A stretch of 64,000 nucleotides of DNA, from contig LT635911.1 of the NCBI GenBank assembly GCA_900128565.1, positions 1 through 64,000 of the forward strand. Direction: 5' to 3'. This document shows positions 40,562 to 50,328 of this stretch, in pieces; position 1 is the first letter of the stretch; each line of letters opens with the position of its first letter. Made by a program: the position numbers and the translations under genes. Under the pieces are notes generated by a model. The model ran no database searches. It was not told the DNA's origin and was given only the letters and a program-made list of their open reading frames with translations. This DNA is from Stramenopiles sp. TOSAG23-6. Its lineage: Eukaryota.

Positions 40562-43075
40562 ATGTTCTGGAAGCCTGGCTCAAGCCGCCCAGCCCTTGAT
40601 CGTGATACGGAAGACTCTTTTGTTATTCACAATCCGCTACACAAACTTCCTCTTTCAGCTCAGCGCCGGGGATTACCTATCAGCGCGCACCGGGAATCTA
40701 TATTGTATGCCCTAGAACATTATTCCGTGCTCATAGTAGTGGGTGAAACAGGATGTGGTAAAAGTACTCAAATACCACAATACTTATTTGAGGGAGGTTG
40801 GAGTGATGGCGGTCGTGTAATAGGTTGTACTCAGCCTCGTCGCCTTGCTGCAATATCTGTAGCTACACGCGTTGCTCAGGAGATGTCATCAGCTCTAGGT
40901 AAAACTGTTGGTTATGCTATTCGTTTTGAAGATTTCACTTCTCCAACGCAAACTCGGATAAAGTATATGACAAATGGAAGTCTTTTACGCGAATTCATTC
41001 GGGATCCACTTCTCCGTCGTTACTCGATAATAATGCTTGACGATATTCACGAGAGGACTGTATTTGGAGATATCGTAATAGGTTTATTAAAGAAAGTTAT
41101 GCGTAAAAGAAAGAAAGATTTTAAAGTGATTGTTTGCTCTGCCACAATTAACGCGGAAACTTTCAAAGAATACTTCGAAAAAGGAAAGTCACATTCTGAA
41201 ACTGATTCTCTGAAGAATAGTGTTGCTATATTATCAGTTGGAAAGAGTTTACATCAAGTACAAAATTTATATCTGAAAGAACCGACAAGTAGTTATCTTG
41301 AAACTGCAGTCCGAACTGCATTAAAGATTCATCGAATGGAGAGTCCAGGAGATATTTTAGTTTTTTTGCCAGGTGTGTCAGAAGTGGAAAGTTGTAGAAG
41401 AAGGCTTTCAGATCTTGTGTATGACGATAATGGAAACAGCAATGTTCCAAACTTAGATATTTGTCCTCTTCATGGATCTCTACCAGTCAAACAACAAATG
41501 TCTTTCTTCTCTGGATCAACATCGAGAAATACGAATCGGAGATGTATTATTGCAACAAATATAGCTGAAGCAAGCGTTACATTACGAAATATACGATATG
41601 TTGTAGATTCCGGTTTTGTTAAACTTCCAATTTATTCTTCATCTGCAGGTTCTTCACTTGTGATACAACCATGCTCAAAAGAAGCATGCAATCAACGTAG
41701 TGGGAGAGCTGGCCGAACACGACCTGGTAAATGTTATCGTTTATTTACAGAAGATAGTTTTTCAAATCTTCGAGACAATACTATTCCAGCGATGCAACGA
41801 TCATGTTTAGCATGGGTCGTTTTAATTTTGAAAGGTCTTCATATAGAAAATGTTTTACGTTTTGACTTTATTGCTCCGCCACCAGCATCAGCACTTGCAG
41901 CATCGCTTGAATTGTTATTTTCTTTAGGTGCCATTGATGAAAGCGGTGCCTTGACAATTCCAGTAGGTCAATCTATGGCCGAATTTCCAGTGACACCACG
42001 ATTATCAAAAATGATTCTTTCATCAATTACTTTGGGTTGTACAGAAGATGCATTATCCTTAGCTGCTATGTTATCTGTACGTTGTGTTTGGCAACATGCA
42101 GGTCGATCGCGCGAGAGACAGGAACTCTTGTTAGAAAGTCGTAAAAAGTGGGCAAATTCTTCCGGAGATCATATGACATTACTTAGTATATATAACGCAT
42201 TTCAAAATGAAGAACAATATTCAAATAGAGGTTGCCATGGTTGGTGTGCGGAACAAATGTTTGATCGAAGAGTTTTACTTCGAGCAGCTGAATTAAGATC
42301 TCATTTAGAAATATTCACAAAACGATTTCAATATTCGACGCAGTCAAATATAGAAGTAGAATCTGATGAAATGATGCCAAGTGACCCAAAATCAATCTTG
42401 CAATGTGTCGTTATGGGGTTTTTTTCAAATGTTGCAAAACGTGCACCTACAGGTGGTTATATAACAATTCGTGAAAATCGTGATGTTTCTCTATTTGATA
42501 CTTCTTCACTTGAAATTATTACGAATTTTCATAAACCTGACTGGGTTGTTTTTCATGAATCTGTTCTTACTTCTGGATCATTTATAAAAGAAGTCAGTGC
42601 CATCAATCCTATTTGGTTAGTTGATATTGCCCCACATTATTATGCCATTCATGATGATGGTATTGATGCGAAAACAGGAAAACGTAAAAGTGATTTTACA
42701 GATCGAAGGAAGCTTCGAAGTACAATTCAAAATATAAATAAGGAGAAGTCAAAATCAAATAATACTAGCTCTGTATTAGAACGAATTAGAAGCTCTGGCT
42801 TCTCCGGTAATGCAGATGGTGGTGCAGGTGGTGCGAATGTTGTTGGTGGAATTAATCGTCGTGGCAATAAACCTAGTAAAGGCTGGTCTGCTGGTGAAGT
42901 ATCTGAAAAAAGAAGTACTAAGCCAAGTAAGGGCTGGTCTGCTGGTGAAGTGTCTGATAATATACAGAATAATCGGACAACTAACAAGTCTTTGATATTT
43001 TCAAAAACAAATTCGTCTACAATTGGAAAAAAAAGGAAAAGACCTCGGCGAAGAAAAAAGGTATCTGGTTTATAG
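40562..43075 (+). CDS. DHX35: DEAH-family RNA helicase DHX35 (motif II reads DDIH)
   Basis: N-terminal FWKPG...HNP...L..QR..LPI typical of DHX35; GETGCGKSTQIPQYL, TQPRR, SAT, ATNIAE, QRSGRAGR; HA2/OB-type C-terminal region. Confidence 0.85.
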   Translation: MFWKPGSSRPALDRDTEDSFVIHNPLHKLPLSAQRRGLPISAHRESILYALEHYSVLIVVGETGCGKSTQIPQYLFEGGWSDGGRVIGCTQPRRLAAISVATRVAQEMSSALGKTVGYAIRFEDFTSPTQTRIKYMTNGSLLREFIRDPLLRRYSIIMLDDIHERTVFGDIVIGLLKKVMRKRKKDFKVIVCSATINAETFKEYFEKGKSHSETDSLKNSVAILSVGKSLHQVQNLYLKEPTSSYLETAVRTALKIHRMESPGDILVFLPGVSEVESCRRRLSDLVYDDNGNSNVPNLDICPLHGSLPVKQQMSFFSGSTSRNTNRRCIIATNIAEASVTLRNIRYVVDSGFVKLPIYSSSAGSSLVIQPCSKEACNQRSGRAGRTRPGKCYRLFTEDSFSNLRDNTIPAMQRSCLAWVVLILKGLHIENVLRFDFIAPPPASALAASLELLFSLGAIDESGALTIPVGQSMAEFPVTPRLSKMILSSITLGCTEDALSLAAMLSVRCVWQHAGRSRERQELLLESRKKWANSSGDHMTLLSIYNAFQNEEQYSNRGCHGWCAEQMFDRRVLLRAAELRSHLEIFTKRFQYSTQSNIEVESDEMMPSDPKSILQCVVMGFFSNVAKRAPTGGYITIRENRDVSLFDTSSLEIITNFHKPDWVVFHESVLTSGSFIKEVSAINPIWLVDIAPHYYAIHDDGIDAKTGKRKSDFTDRRKLRSTIQNINKEKSKSNNTSSVLERIRSSGFSGNADGGAGGANVVGGINRRGNKPSKGWSAGEVSEKRSTKPSKGWSAGEVSDNIQNNRTTNKSLIFSKTNSSTIGKKRKRPRRRKKVSGL

Positions 43076-43303
43076 TAAAGTTTCTCGCTTTTTATAGTAG
43101 TGATATAATTAAATAAACAAATGTATAACATTTCATTTTGATACAACGTTTGAACTTTCATTTCAAAACAAAATAAGATAAAAATCATCACAATTTTATA
43201 GTCAACTTCTTCTATTTCATTAGGCTCCAATATAGTCAAACTTAAGTATTATTCAAGAAGGTTTGGTGCTAACTCTTCTCCAAAATTTAATATAATCAAA
43301 GTA

Positions 43304-44623
43304 TTATTTAAGAATGTTTGGTGCTAACTCTTTTTCAAATGTAAGAACTTTCTTAAACCCCCCTGAACCACAAATCCCGGAATCGTCACAAAATTTAGTA
43401 ATATTAACACCGTCGATAAAATTTTCTATCAAAAATCTTTTAACATCAAACATATCATCACATCCTTCATAATAAATATCCGGGGCATCTTGACAAACAG
43501 TATTAAATTCTTTTTCAACCATGCTATAAATTTCGGGAGAATATTTAAATCTTGCCTGAGGAGTACCAGATCCAGGTAAATTTCCTCTTAATTTCATTTC
43601 TACTTTAGCCCAAATATATGTGCAACCTACACATGCTTCTTTATCAGCAAATGTTGGCTTTTGAACTGAATCGTTTCCCTTAAATATTTCATATATTGTT
43701 TTTCCAATATCGGCAATCGTTTCACCAGTCTGGTTNGGGGCTGGGGCTGGGGCTTGGGGTGGGGTTTCGGGGGTTTCTGTGGCATTAGAACTTTCTTCGG
43801 CTGGAGATTGAGTTTCTGATGCTGTTGTAGTTGTAGTTGAAGCAGTTGGAGATTGAGTTTCTGACGCTGTTGCTGTTGTTGCTGTTGTTGTTGCAGTTGA
43901 AGCAGTTGGAGATTGAGTTTCTGACGCTGTTGCTGTTGTTGCAGTTGAAGCAGTTGGAGATTGAGTTTCTGGTGCTGTTGCTGTTGTTGCAGTTGAAGCA
44001 GTTGGAGATTGAGCTTCTGGTGCTTTTGCTGTAGATGAATCCGTTCTCGCGAAACGATCAACTGTTGATAAATTTTCTTCATTTGCAGATTTATCCTGTT
44101 GTTTTTTTTGTGGATTTTCAGATATTAATTTTTGTTTTCCAACTGCAGTCGTTGAATCCACCTGAGATATATCCATTGGTATAGGTGAAGCAATATCTGT
44201 GTTGAATATCAACTTTGATATAGATTGAGTTCCATCATCCTCTTTTGAAGTAACATTTTCTTTTGTATTGTCTGTTTTTGTAGAAACAATTTTTTCTTTC
44301 GTATGTTTTGGAGAAACAACTTTTTCTTTTGTATATTTTGAAAGTAGCCCCATTCTGCAATTTTGAAGATTATTTAAAGCACGTTTCCCGTCGAAGCTAT
44401 TTACATGAGATAGACAAGTCGATGCACATTCCCAATCAATATCGCACTTTTTGGCGCATGTTAAACCATTTTTACAGTCCGTGATATTTGAACAATCCTT
44501 GAATTCTCTGTGGCATTCAGGACGTTCACTATGTCTTAGAGAAACTCCATGAGCTAAGGAATAAACGATAAAGAGGATTAACAAATAAAAAGCACTATTG
44601 ATACGTCCTTCCATAAATAACAT
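43304..44623 (-). CDS. Secreted or surface protein with Cys-rich N-terminus, Thr/Ala/Ser mucin-like repeats and C-terminal saposin-like domain
   Basis: Hydrophobic leader; ETQSPTASTATTATA repeats; CVGC...C...C...C....C spacing of a SapB fold. Confidence 0.6.
   Translation of the reverse strand: MLFMEGRINSAFYLLILFIVYSLAHGVSLRHSERPECHREFKDCSNITDCKNGLTCAKKCDIDWECASTCLSHVNSFDGKRALNNLQNCRMGLLSKYTKEKVVSPKHTKEKIVSTKTDNTKENVTSKEDDGTQSISKLIFNTDIASPIPMDISQVDSTTAVGKQKLISENPQKKQQDKSANEENLSTVDRFARTDSSTAKAPEAQSPTASTATTATAPETQSPTASTATTATASETQSPTASTATTTATTATASETQSPTASTTTTTASETQSPAEESSNATETPETPPQAPAPAXNQTGETIADIGKTIYEIFKGNDSVQKPTFADKEACVGCTYIWAKVEMKLRGNLPGSGTPQARFKYSPEIYSMVEKEFNTVCQDAPDIYYEGCDDMFDVKRFLIENFIDGVNITKFCDDSGICGSGGFKKVLTFEKELAPNILK
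43802..44022 (-). repeat. Coding tandem repeat of about 45-54 bp (mucin-like)
   Basis: Repeated GAAGCAGTTGGAGATTGAGTTTCTG units. Confidence 0.9.
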
Positions 44624-44918
44624 TACGCTTACTGATCTTTATGCGGTGGCAGTAAAGTCCCAACAGTACTTTAAGATATGATTTTGATATTCTGCGTCTG
44701 TGTGTGTGTGTGTGTTTGTTTGTGTTGTGAAATTCAAAATTTTTTGAATTTTTCAAAATTTTCATCAAAACAGGATTGTTCCGTTTCATTTGTGATCAAA
44801 GTTTTGTGATTTTTTTTCACTGACTTTGAAAACTCTCGAGAGAAAGACCAAAACTAAAAAAAACAAAAAAAAACTAAAAAAAACTAAAAACAACTATGCA
44901 ATTTGACTAAATTATTTA

Positions 44919-46592
44919 TTATTGCTTCTCTGCAAGTTCTATAATCTGTTGATGTGTATAAATTGCACTTTTATGTCCATCATTCCAATTTATTGAAATT
45001 GCATAATTGCCTTCAGACTGAATTTTTATGGGTTTAATTTCTAATGAATTCTTATTTTTCGTGATTTCTATATTGCCATCAGTGCTTTGAGCATCTCTAC
45101 TTGCTGATTTGAGTAATTCGGCAGAGACAACATGTTCTTGACCAGCACGAAATCCGCTTAAAAATCGTAGAACTATACTAGGAACTTTTCTATTTGGATC
45201 AAAATGAGTTCTTGTAATACCACCACTACCATCAGTTCCTTGTGAGAATATTTCTTTTATATTTTTATCACGGGATAGTATGGTATGATTAGAAATATTC
45301 TTTTGATTATTTTCATTTTTCTCTTCTGTTGTTGTACATTCAGGCAGATTTGAACAAAATTGTACTACAGATTTTGCTAGAGAATAAAATTCATTTGTGG
45401 GACTATCTTTTCCTAATATATGGTTTGTATTATCTTTGTCTTTGCTTGTAGAATGATTATTACTCGGTGACAATGATGTTGAAATAGGAAGTGTAAATAC
45501 ATCGCATATGTCATTATTTTTTTGAGAATTTCGTAAATGTTCATGTTTACAAATTCGCTCTATATGACTAGTTCCAAAAGGGTAATACCGTTGACCATCA
45601 GGGGTATCAAAATGTGACATATTTTCTACTACAGCTGCAACAGGTACATCAAGAGTTTGAAACATATCTAAACCTTTTATAACATCAACATAACTCAATT
45701 CTTGAGGTGTAGTAACTACAACAGATGCGGTTAATGATAATTTCTGGCAAAGTGTTAGTTGAACATCACCTGTCCCTGGAGGCATATCGATGACCAAGTA
45801 ATCAAGAGAACCCCATTTAGTTCCAGAAACTAACTGATTCACTATTGAACTCACTCGAGGTCCACGTAACACTGAAGCTTTAGACTCTCCTGTGGATGAG
45901 CCTACACTTACATAACCATAAGACATTAAAGAGACACCATTTACTGTAAGAGGTTGAAGGAGTTTCGAACCATCAGGATAATCTTTACGTATAATAGGAA
46001 GAGAATGCTCAGGAATAGGGACAAGAGAAGGAAGACTTGGACCATATATATCAGCATCTAAAAGTCCAACTCTACCATGAGAACCAGACGCAGCTAAGGC
46101 ATATGCTAAATTCGTAGCAATTGTTGATTTTCCAACGCCACCTTTGCAACTTGCTACTGCTATAATATTCGCCACATTGGCAAGCGCTTTTGGTCCATCT
46201 ATTTGCCTTGAACGGGGCGGACGTAGAGATACAGATACATTTAAATGTTCCTTTTCAAGCCAACGTAAAGAATCTAATGCGTTTGTGACCTTTTCAGTAA
46301 CCATTTTTTTACCTGGAGCACATCCTGTAGTCAACTCGATGCGAACATCAACTCCACCATGATGGTTAACAACAATACTTCTTAACGATTCATACGTAGG
46401 ATCAAGGACAGAGGATACAGTGATAGACGCCTCGTCTTCGTGTTTAGCTATAGACTGAGCGCCGCCAATGATTGTACGTCTTCGAAGTGCTATTGTAGAT
46501 TGCTGACGATTATTGTTGTGCAAAGAGTACAAGACTTTAGCAGTTTTACCTCCCAGTGTGTGCTGTAAAAGTACTCTATTGACTCGATACAT
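44919..46592 (-). CDS. HCF101: HCF101-like Mrp/NBP35 Fe-S cluster carrier ATPase with C-terminal DUF971-like domain
   Basis: IIAVASCKGGVGKST, LDADIYGPS, LDYLVIDMPPGTGDVQLTL, VVTTPQ, ENMS; GNYAISINWNDGHKSAIY tail. Confidence 0.8.
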   Translation of the reverse strand: MYRVNRVLLQHTLGGKTAKVLYSLHNNNRQQSTIALRRRTIIGGAQSIAKHEDEASITVSSVLDPTYESLRSIVVNHHGGVDVRIELTTGCAPGKKMVTEKVTNALDSLRWLEKEHLNVSVSLRPPRSRQIDGPKALANVANIIAVASCKGGVGKSTIATNLAYALAASGSHGRVGLLDADIYGPSLPSLVPIPEHSLPIIRKDYPDGSKLLQPLTVNGVSLMSYGYVSVGSSTGESKASVLRGPRVSSIVNQLVSGTKWGSLDYLVIDMPPGTGDVQLTLCQKLSLTASVVVTTPQELSYVDVIKGLDMFQTLDVPVAAVVENMSHFDTPDGQRYYPFGTSHIERICKHEHLRNSQKNNDICDVFTLPISTSLSPSNNHSTSKDKDNTNHILGKDSPTNEFYSLAKSVVQFCSNLPECTTTEEKNENNQKNISNHTILSRDKNIKEIFSQGTDGSGGITRTHFDPNRKVPSIVLRFLSGFRAGQEHVVSAELLKSASRDAQSTDGNIEITKNKNSLEIKPIKIQSEGNYAISINWNDGHKSAIYTHQQIIELAEKQ

Positions 46593-46692
46593 TATCAAAT
46601 GTCAATGTTTGTTTTCAATAAGAGTAGCGTACCGGTGTGAAAATTATTGTTGGTGTTGTGTCAATCATGTGTGACTCGCGACGTCGCCTTCA

Positions 46693-46706
46693 CTTTTTGA
46701 CACGTG
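46693..46706. promoter_or_regulatory. CTTTTTGACACGTG motif in the divergent HCF101/kinesin promoter
   Basis: Exact copy of 12453-12466; further TTTGACAC copies at about 46719 and 46730. Confidence 0.45.
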
Positions 46707-46844
46707 TTGGTTGGCCAATTTGACACGAATTTGACACCAAAGTAAAATTTAAGCCCCCTTCGCGAGCCTTTTATTATTCTATATTCATTATTTCAAACCA
46801 GAAACGTCACTTCCAGTTTTACTAGTGAATAATATTCAGTTAAA

Positions 46845-48158
46845 ATTGCCACTAAAAGGGGGCTAACGCCCATCTCGGCGTTTGTCCGTATCAAGCCGCT
46901 CGATGCTGAGCTCGGTGGAGGAACTGCCACCGCGAAGCACATTACAGCTTGGGATGCAGACGCTGGCACCATCTCGATGGAAACTGGTAGCCGGAAAGGA
47001 GTTCATTCTTTCGACTTCCCAAAATCAACACTAGCACCCGATTCCACCCAAGAACTTGTTTATAACACAATCGCTGCACCTCTTGTCTCTAAGTTTTGCG
47101 AGGGTTTTGATGTCGACTTGATTAGCTATGGACAAACAGGTTCAGGAAAAACGTTCACAATGTTTGGCCCACCACATAGTATGGCCAATACCGCAAAAGC
47201 ACTAAAAAGAAGTGGATCTAGTAGCAGTAACGATTCCAATGGAATCATCCTACCTGAGCATGGTTTTTTGTTACGATCTGGGTTGGATAGTCTTGCTGCT
47301 GTACAACGGCTTGTCTCAGCTGGACATAAAGCTGTGTTGCATGGTTCAATGATTGAATTATCAATTTTGTCCTTTACTAATCAAAGTTGCAAAGATTTAC
47401 TCAAAGGTATGGCAATCTGCTTCGTTGATGACGAATATCACTTGCAAGGTGCAGAGCAAATGGAGATAAAATCTGTCGCTGATGTGGTAAAACTTGCAGC
47501 AGCTGTTGAGACGCGGCTGACAAGAGGTACAAAGATGAACCTTGCAAGTTCGCGTAGTCACTGTGTTGCGCAACTTAAATTGACCGTGTTTGACTTATCA
47601 ACGGAATGTGTACGAGAGAGTCGATTACAGTTTTTTGACTTAATGGGAAGTGAACGATTTGTTGGGCAAAATGCGGCACATGATACTAGTAAAAGCAGTA
47701 AAGCTACTATGAGTGGTTGGGAGGGTATCTATTCTAACTTGAGTCTAATGGAATTATACAGTTCTATTGAGCTTGCTGCCAAGAACAGATATAGAAAAAA
47801 ACCAAAGGAAGACAAATCCATGATAGGGATGTTGTTGACAAAACTATTGGCGGGAAGCCTTCAAGGCTCAGCACTTACAGGAATGATCACATGTGTCTCA
47901 CAGTCTCCTCGCAATGGCGATGAAACATATTCTAGTCTCAAGTACGGAAACACAATGTCAAAATTACTTAATAAGGCAAAGCCACAACCAAAACTCCCGT
48001 TAAAACGTTTGCTCACCAAAGCGCGAAAACAATATACTGATGCAGCGGCAGTTATCAAGCGTGGTGTGGTAGCCAAGTACAAGGCAAAGCGAGAGGCACA
48101 GTTAGCGGCTTATTCACACAAGGTTGCTGTACTTGAAGGGTTACTTAATAAAATGTGA
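46845..48158 (+). CDS. Small divergent kinesin motor protein; start uncertain
   Basis: ISAFVRIKP upstream of the first ATG, YGQTGSGKTFTM, NLASSRSH, DLMGSE, LTKLL. Confidence 0.85.
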   Translation: MATKRGLTPISAFVRIKPLDAELGGGTATAKHITAWDADAGTISMETGSRKGVHSFDFPKSTLAPDSTQELVYNTIAAPLVSKFCEGFDVDLISYGQTGSGKTFTMFGPPHSMANTAKALKRSGSSSSNDSNGIILPEHGFLLRSGLDSLAAVQRLVSAGHKAVLHGSMIELSILSFTNQSCKDLLKGMAICFVDDEYHLQGAEQMEIKSVADVVKLAAAVETRLTRGTKMNLASSRSHCVAQLKLTVFDLSTECVRESRLQFFDLMGSERFVGQNAAHDTSKSSKATMSGWEGIYSNLSLMELYSSIELAAKNRYRKKPKEDKSMIGMLLTKLLAGSLQGSALTGMITCVSQSPRNGDETYSSLKYGNTMSKLLNKAKPQPKLPLKRLLTKARKQYTDAAAVIKRGVVAKYKAKREAQLAAYSHKVAVLEGLLNKM

Positions 48159-48293
48159 ATACGGATTCATTTTGTTTATAATTAAATATACATTTGAATT
48201 ACTTCGCATTCACTGTATAAAAACTCCGTATAACTCATTCTCACCAACTAACCAATACACTAAAGCATGAGTTTATGAAAATAAAAAAATGGC

Positions 48294-49913
48294 TCAGCTA
48301 ATTTTGACCCATTTAATTTGAGGGTTATTTTTTTGAATATTTTGTTTGTCATATCCAAAATCTTCACGACGAAAGACTTTTGCTTTATTCCAAGGACCAC
48401 TTTGCTTCTTGGTGTTCTCTTTTGTACTATTGAAAGATCCTGTTCTTGCTGCAATATATACACCATTTCCTACGTCCTCTATATCTTTTTGATCTTCTGT
48501 ACTGGAAACAGTATATGTACCATCTTTATTTACCCTTAAATTCTTCTTCATTGAAGACATCACTTGATAAACTGTCCCATTTTTGTTATGAGTAGGAATT
48601 GATAAATGGGAGAGTGGCAATTCTTGTGGAACATCGTGTACTCTACGTACTTGTTTTTTTGGAGCTCCACTTGATAAATTTGTCACGAGTTCAGATGCTG
48701 TATTTTTCCAACCATCAAACATATCATAATCATGTATTCCTACCTCAGTAGCAAAACCCGATTTATCTTCTACAAATCCTTTCCCATCACTAATGAAACC
48801 ACAATCATGCATCACTGTACATGGTGTAGTTTTTTTAGCACGTGGAATTGAACATGCAGGTGAATGTACTCTATGACAATAAGAAAAGCATCGAGCACCA
48901 ATGGCACAATTTTTTTGTTTAGGGCAAATCAAACAAGCATTATTATTGGGGCCATCATAGGCCAGTGGAGATGACATCATACCTGTTGTTTTCTTTTCAT
49001 CTTCAGTTCCTTCAGGGTGAATAATTACATGATGTATATCATGTGGCGATCTAACATGTAAACCACTTCCTAATAACTTCTCTGCTTTCGCGTTGGTTTC
49101 GACACCCATAACATTCCCTCTATCTGTTTTTTTAGATCTTACAATCTTTGCAGCTGCCGTCAGTGGTTTAGACTTTGGAGGAATGCCTCCCACTTTCATT
49201 ATAGTTAAAGGTTTTTTAGTGCCGGGATATGCAACGTCTGCAATAGCCGCATCAAGTTCATGTTTAAGAGTAGCTGGGATATTTGGTGGTAATTGGGGAA
49301 GAGTTTTTTTCTTATTTTCTTCATTTTTCACTTGAGGAGGTAGAATATAATTGTTCTTATCCTTTGTAGATTTACTCTTTGTGTGATTAGAATTGGCACT
49401 CATTACATTATTATCATTTGGGTTCGCATCGCTTACAATCTTTGCAATATGGGATACGGGTTGAGGAGAAATATCTACAACCAGTGACTTTCCTGTGTCA
49501 AAGTTTTCAGTATCTACAATAGCCTTATTTGGTGTAGATAAAGGCGGGGTCGTCCCCTTTGATACGGGAACAGCTGTTGAAATTCCTTTGATCTTTGATA
49601 CGGGAACATCTGTTGAAATTCCTTTGATTGTAGGATTTTTATACTCCCCAACAACTCCATTCAGTGTGGATTGAAGGGAAGTTGTTTTTTCGGCAGATTG
49701 AGGGATATTCACATCTGATGTAGATTTCAGTACAGCAGCTCTCGTAATTCCCTTTGTTGTTGGCTTTTCAGTTTCTACGACGTGTGGTTCTGGTTCATTT
49801 ACAACATCAGAACTTGTTGTGTCATCCGCCTCGTGTGCATTTAACGATCGTAGTAAAAACAGTGAAATAAGTAAAAGTAGGTAGACGTGTAGCAATGGTG
49901 TACTAAGTTTCAT
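48294..49913 (-). CDS. Secreted protein of unknown function (signal peptide, Thr/Pro-rich, small Cys cluster)
   Basis: MKLSTPLLHVYLLLLISLFLLRSLNA leader; 33-bp repeat encoding IKGIST.VPVSK. Confidence 0.65.
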   Translation of the reverse strand: MKLSTPLLHVYLLLLISLFLLRSLNAHEADDTTSSDVVNEPEPHVVETEKPTTKGITRAAVLKSTSDVNIPQSAEKTTSLQSTLNGVVGEYKNPTIKGISTDVPVSKIKGISTAVPVSKGTTPPLSTPNKAIVDTENFDTGKSLVVDISPQPVSHIAKIVSDANPNDNNVMSANSNHTKSKSTKDKNNYILPPQVKNEENKKKTLPQLPPNIPATLKHELDAAIADVAYPGTKKPLTIMKVGGIPPKSKPLTAAAKIVRSKKTDRGNVMGVETNAKAEKLLGSGLHVRSPHDIHHVIIHPEGTEDEKKTTGMMSSPLAYDGPNNNACLICPKQKNCAIGARCFSYCHRVHSPACSIPRAKKTTPCTVMHDCGFISDGKGFVEDKSGFATEVGIHDYDMFDGWKNTASELVTNLSSGAPKKQVRRVHDVPQELPLSHLSIPTHNKNGTVYQVMSSMKKNLRVNKDGTYTVSSTEDQKDIEDVGNGVYIAARTGSFNSTKENTKKQSGPWNKAKVFRREDFGYDKQNIQKNNPQIKWVKIS

Positions 49914-50328
49914 TTTGTAGTGGGTGTTTTATATTTGAGTATGAAGAATAATGATGAAAACTTGAAGTTTGATTTGAAAATTTCAAAAAAAAGAACTTCT
50001 TGTTTCAAAAACCGCCGGTTGAGACAGACCTGTTTCTGGACACAAAAAATCTCCGATATTTCGGTTACTCGTTTATACACACAAGTGTGTGCGTTTCGTT
50101 TTTTAGTAACCACTTGCTTATATCTTTAATATCTTTTTATTTTAAGAAGAGATATTCAGAAATAATATAGCATTTTCCATATATATTTAATCTATTCTGT
50201 AATCAGTAGTCTATCGAAAACTTTTGTACGAGAAACTCCGTATTACTTTACGTTTCAACATCAGGAAAATTAGCTCCTGGGTAAACTCCTAAACAGTTAT
50301 TTCCAAAACTTCTTCTGTTTCTCATATT

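Noticed and set aside
43802-44022. CRISPR-like repeat array
   Set aside because: In-frame coding mucin-type repeat without unique spacers, in a eukaryotic gene
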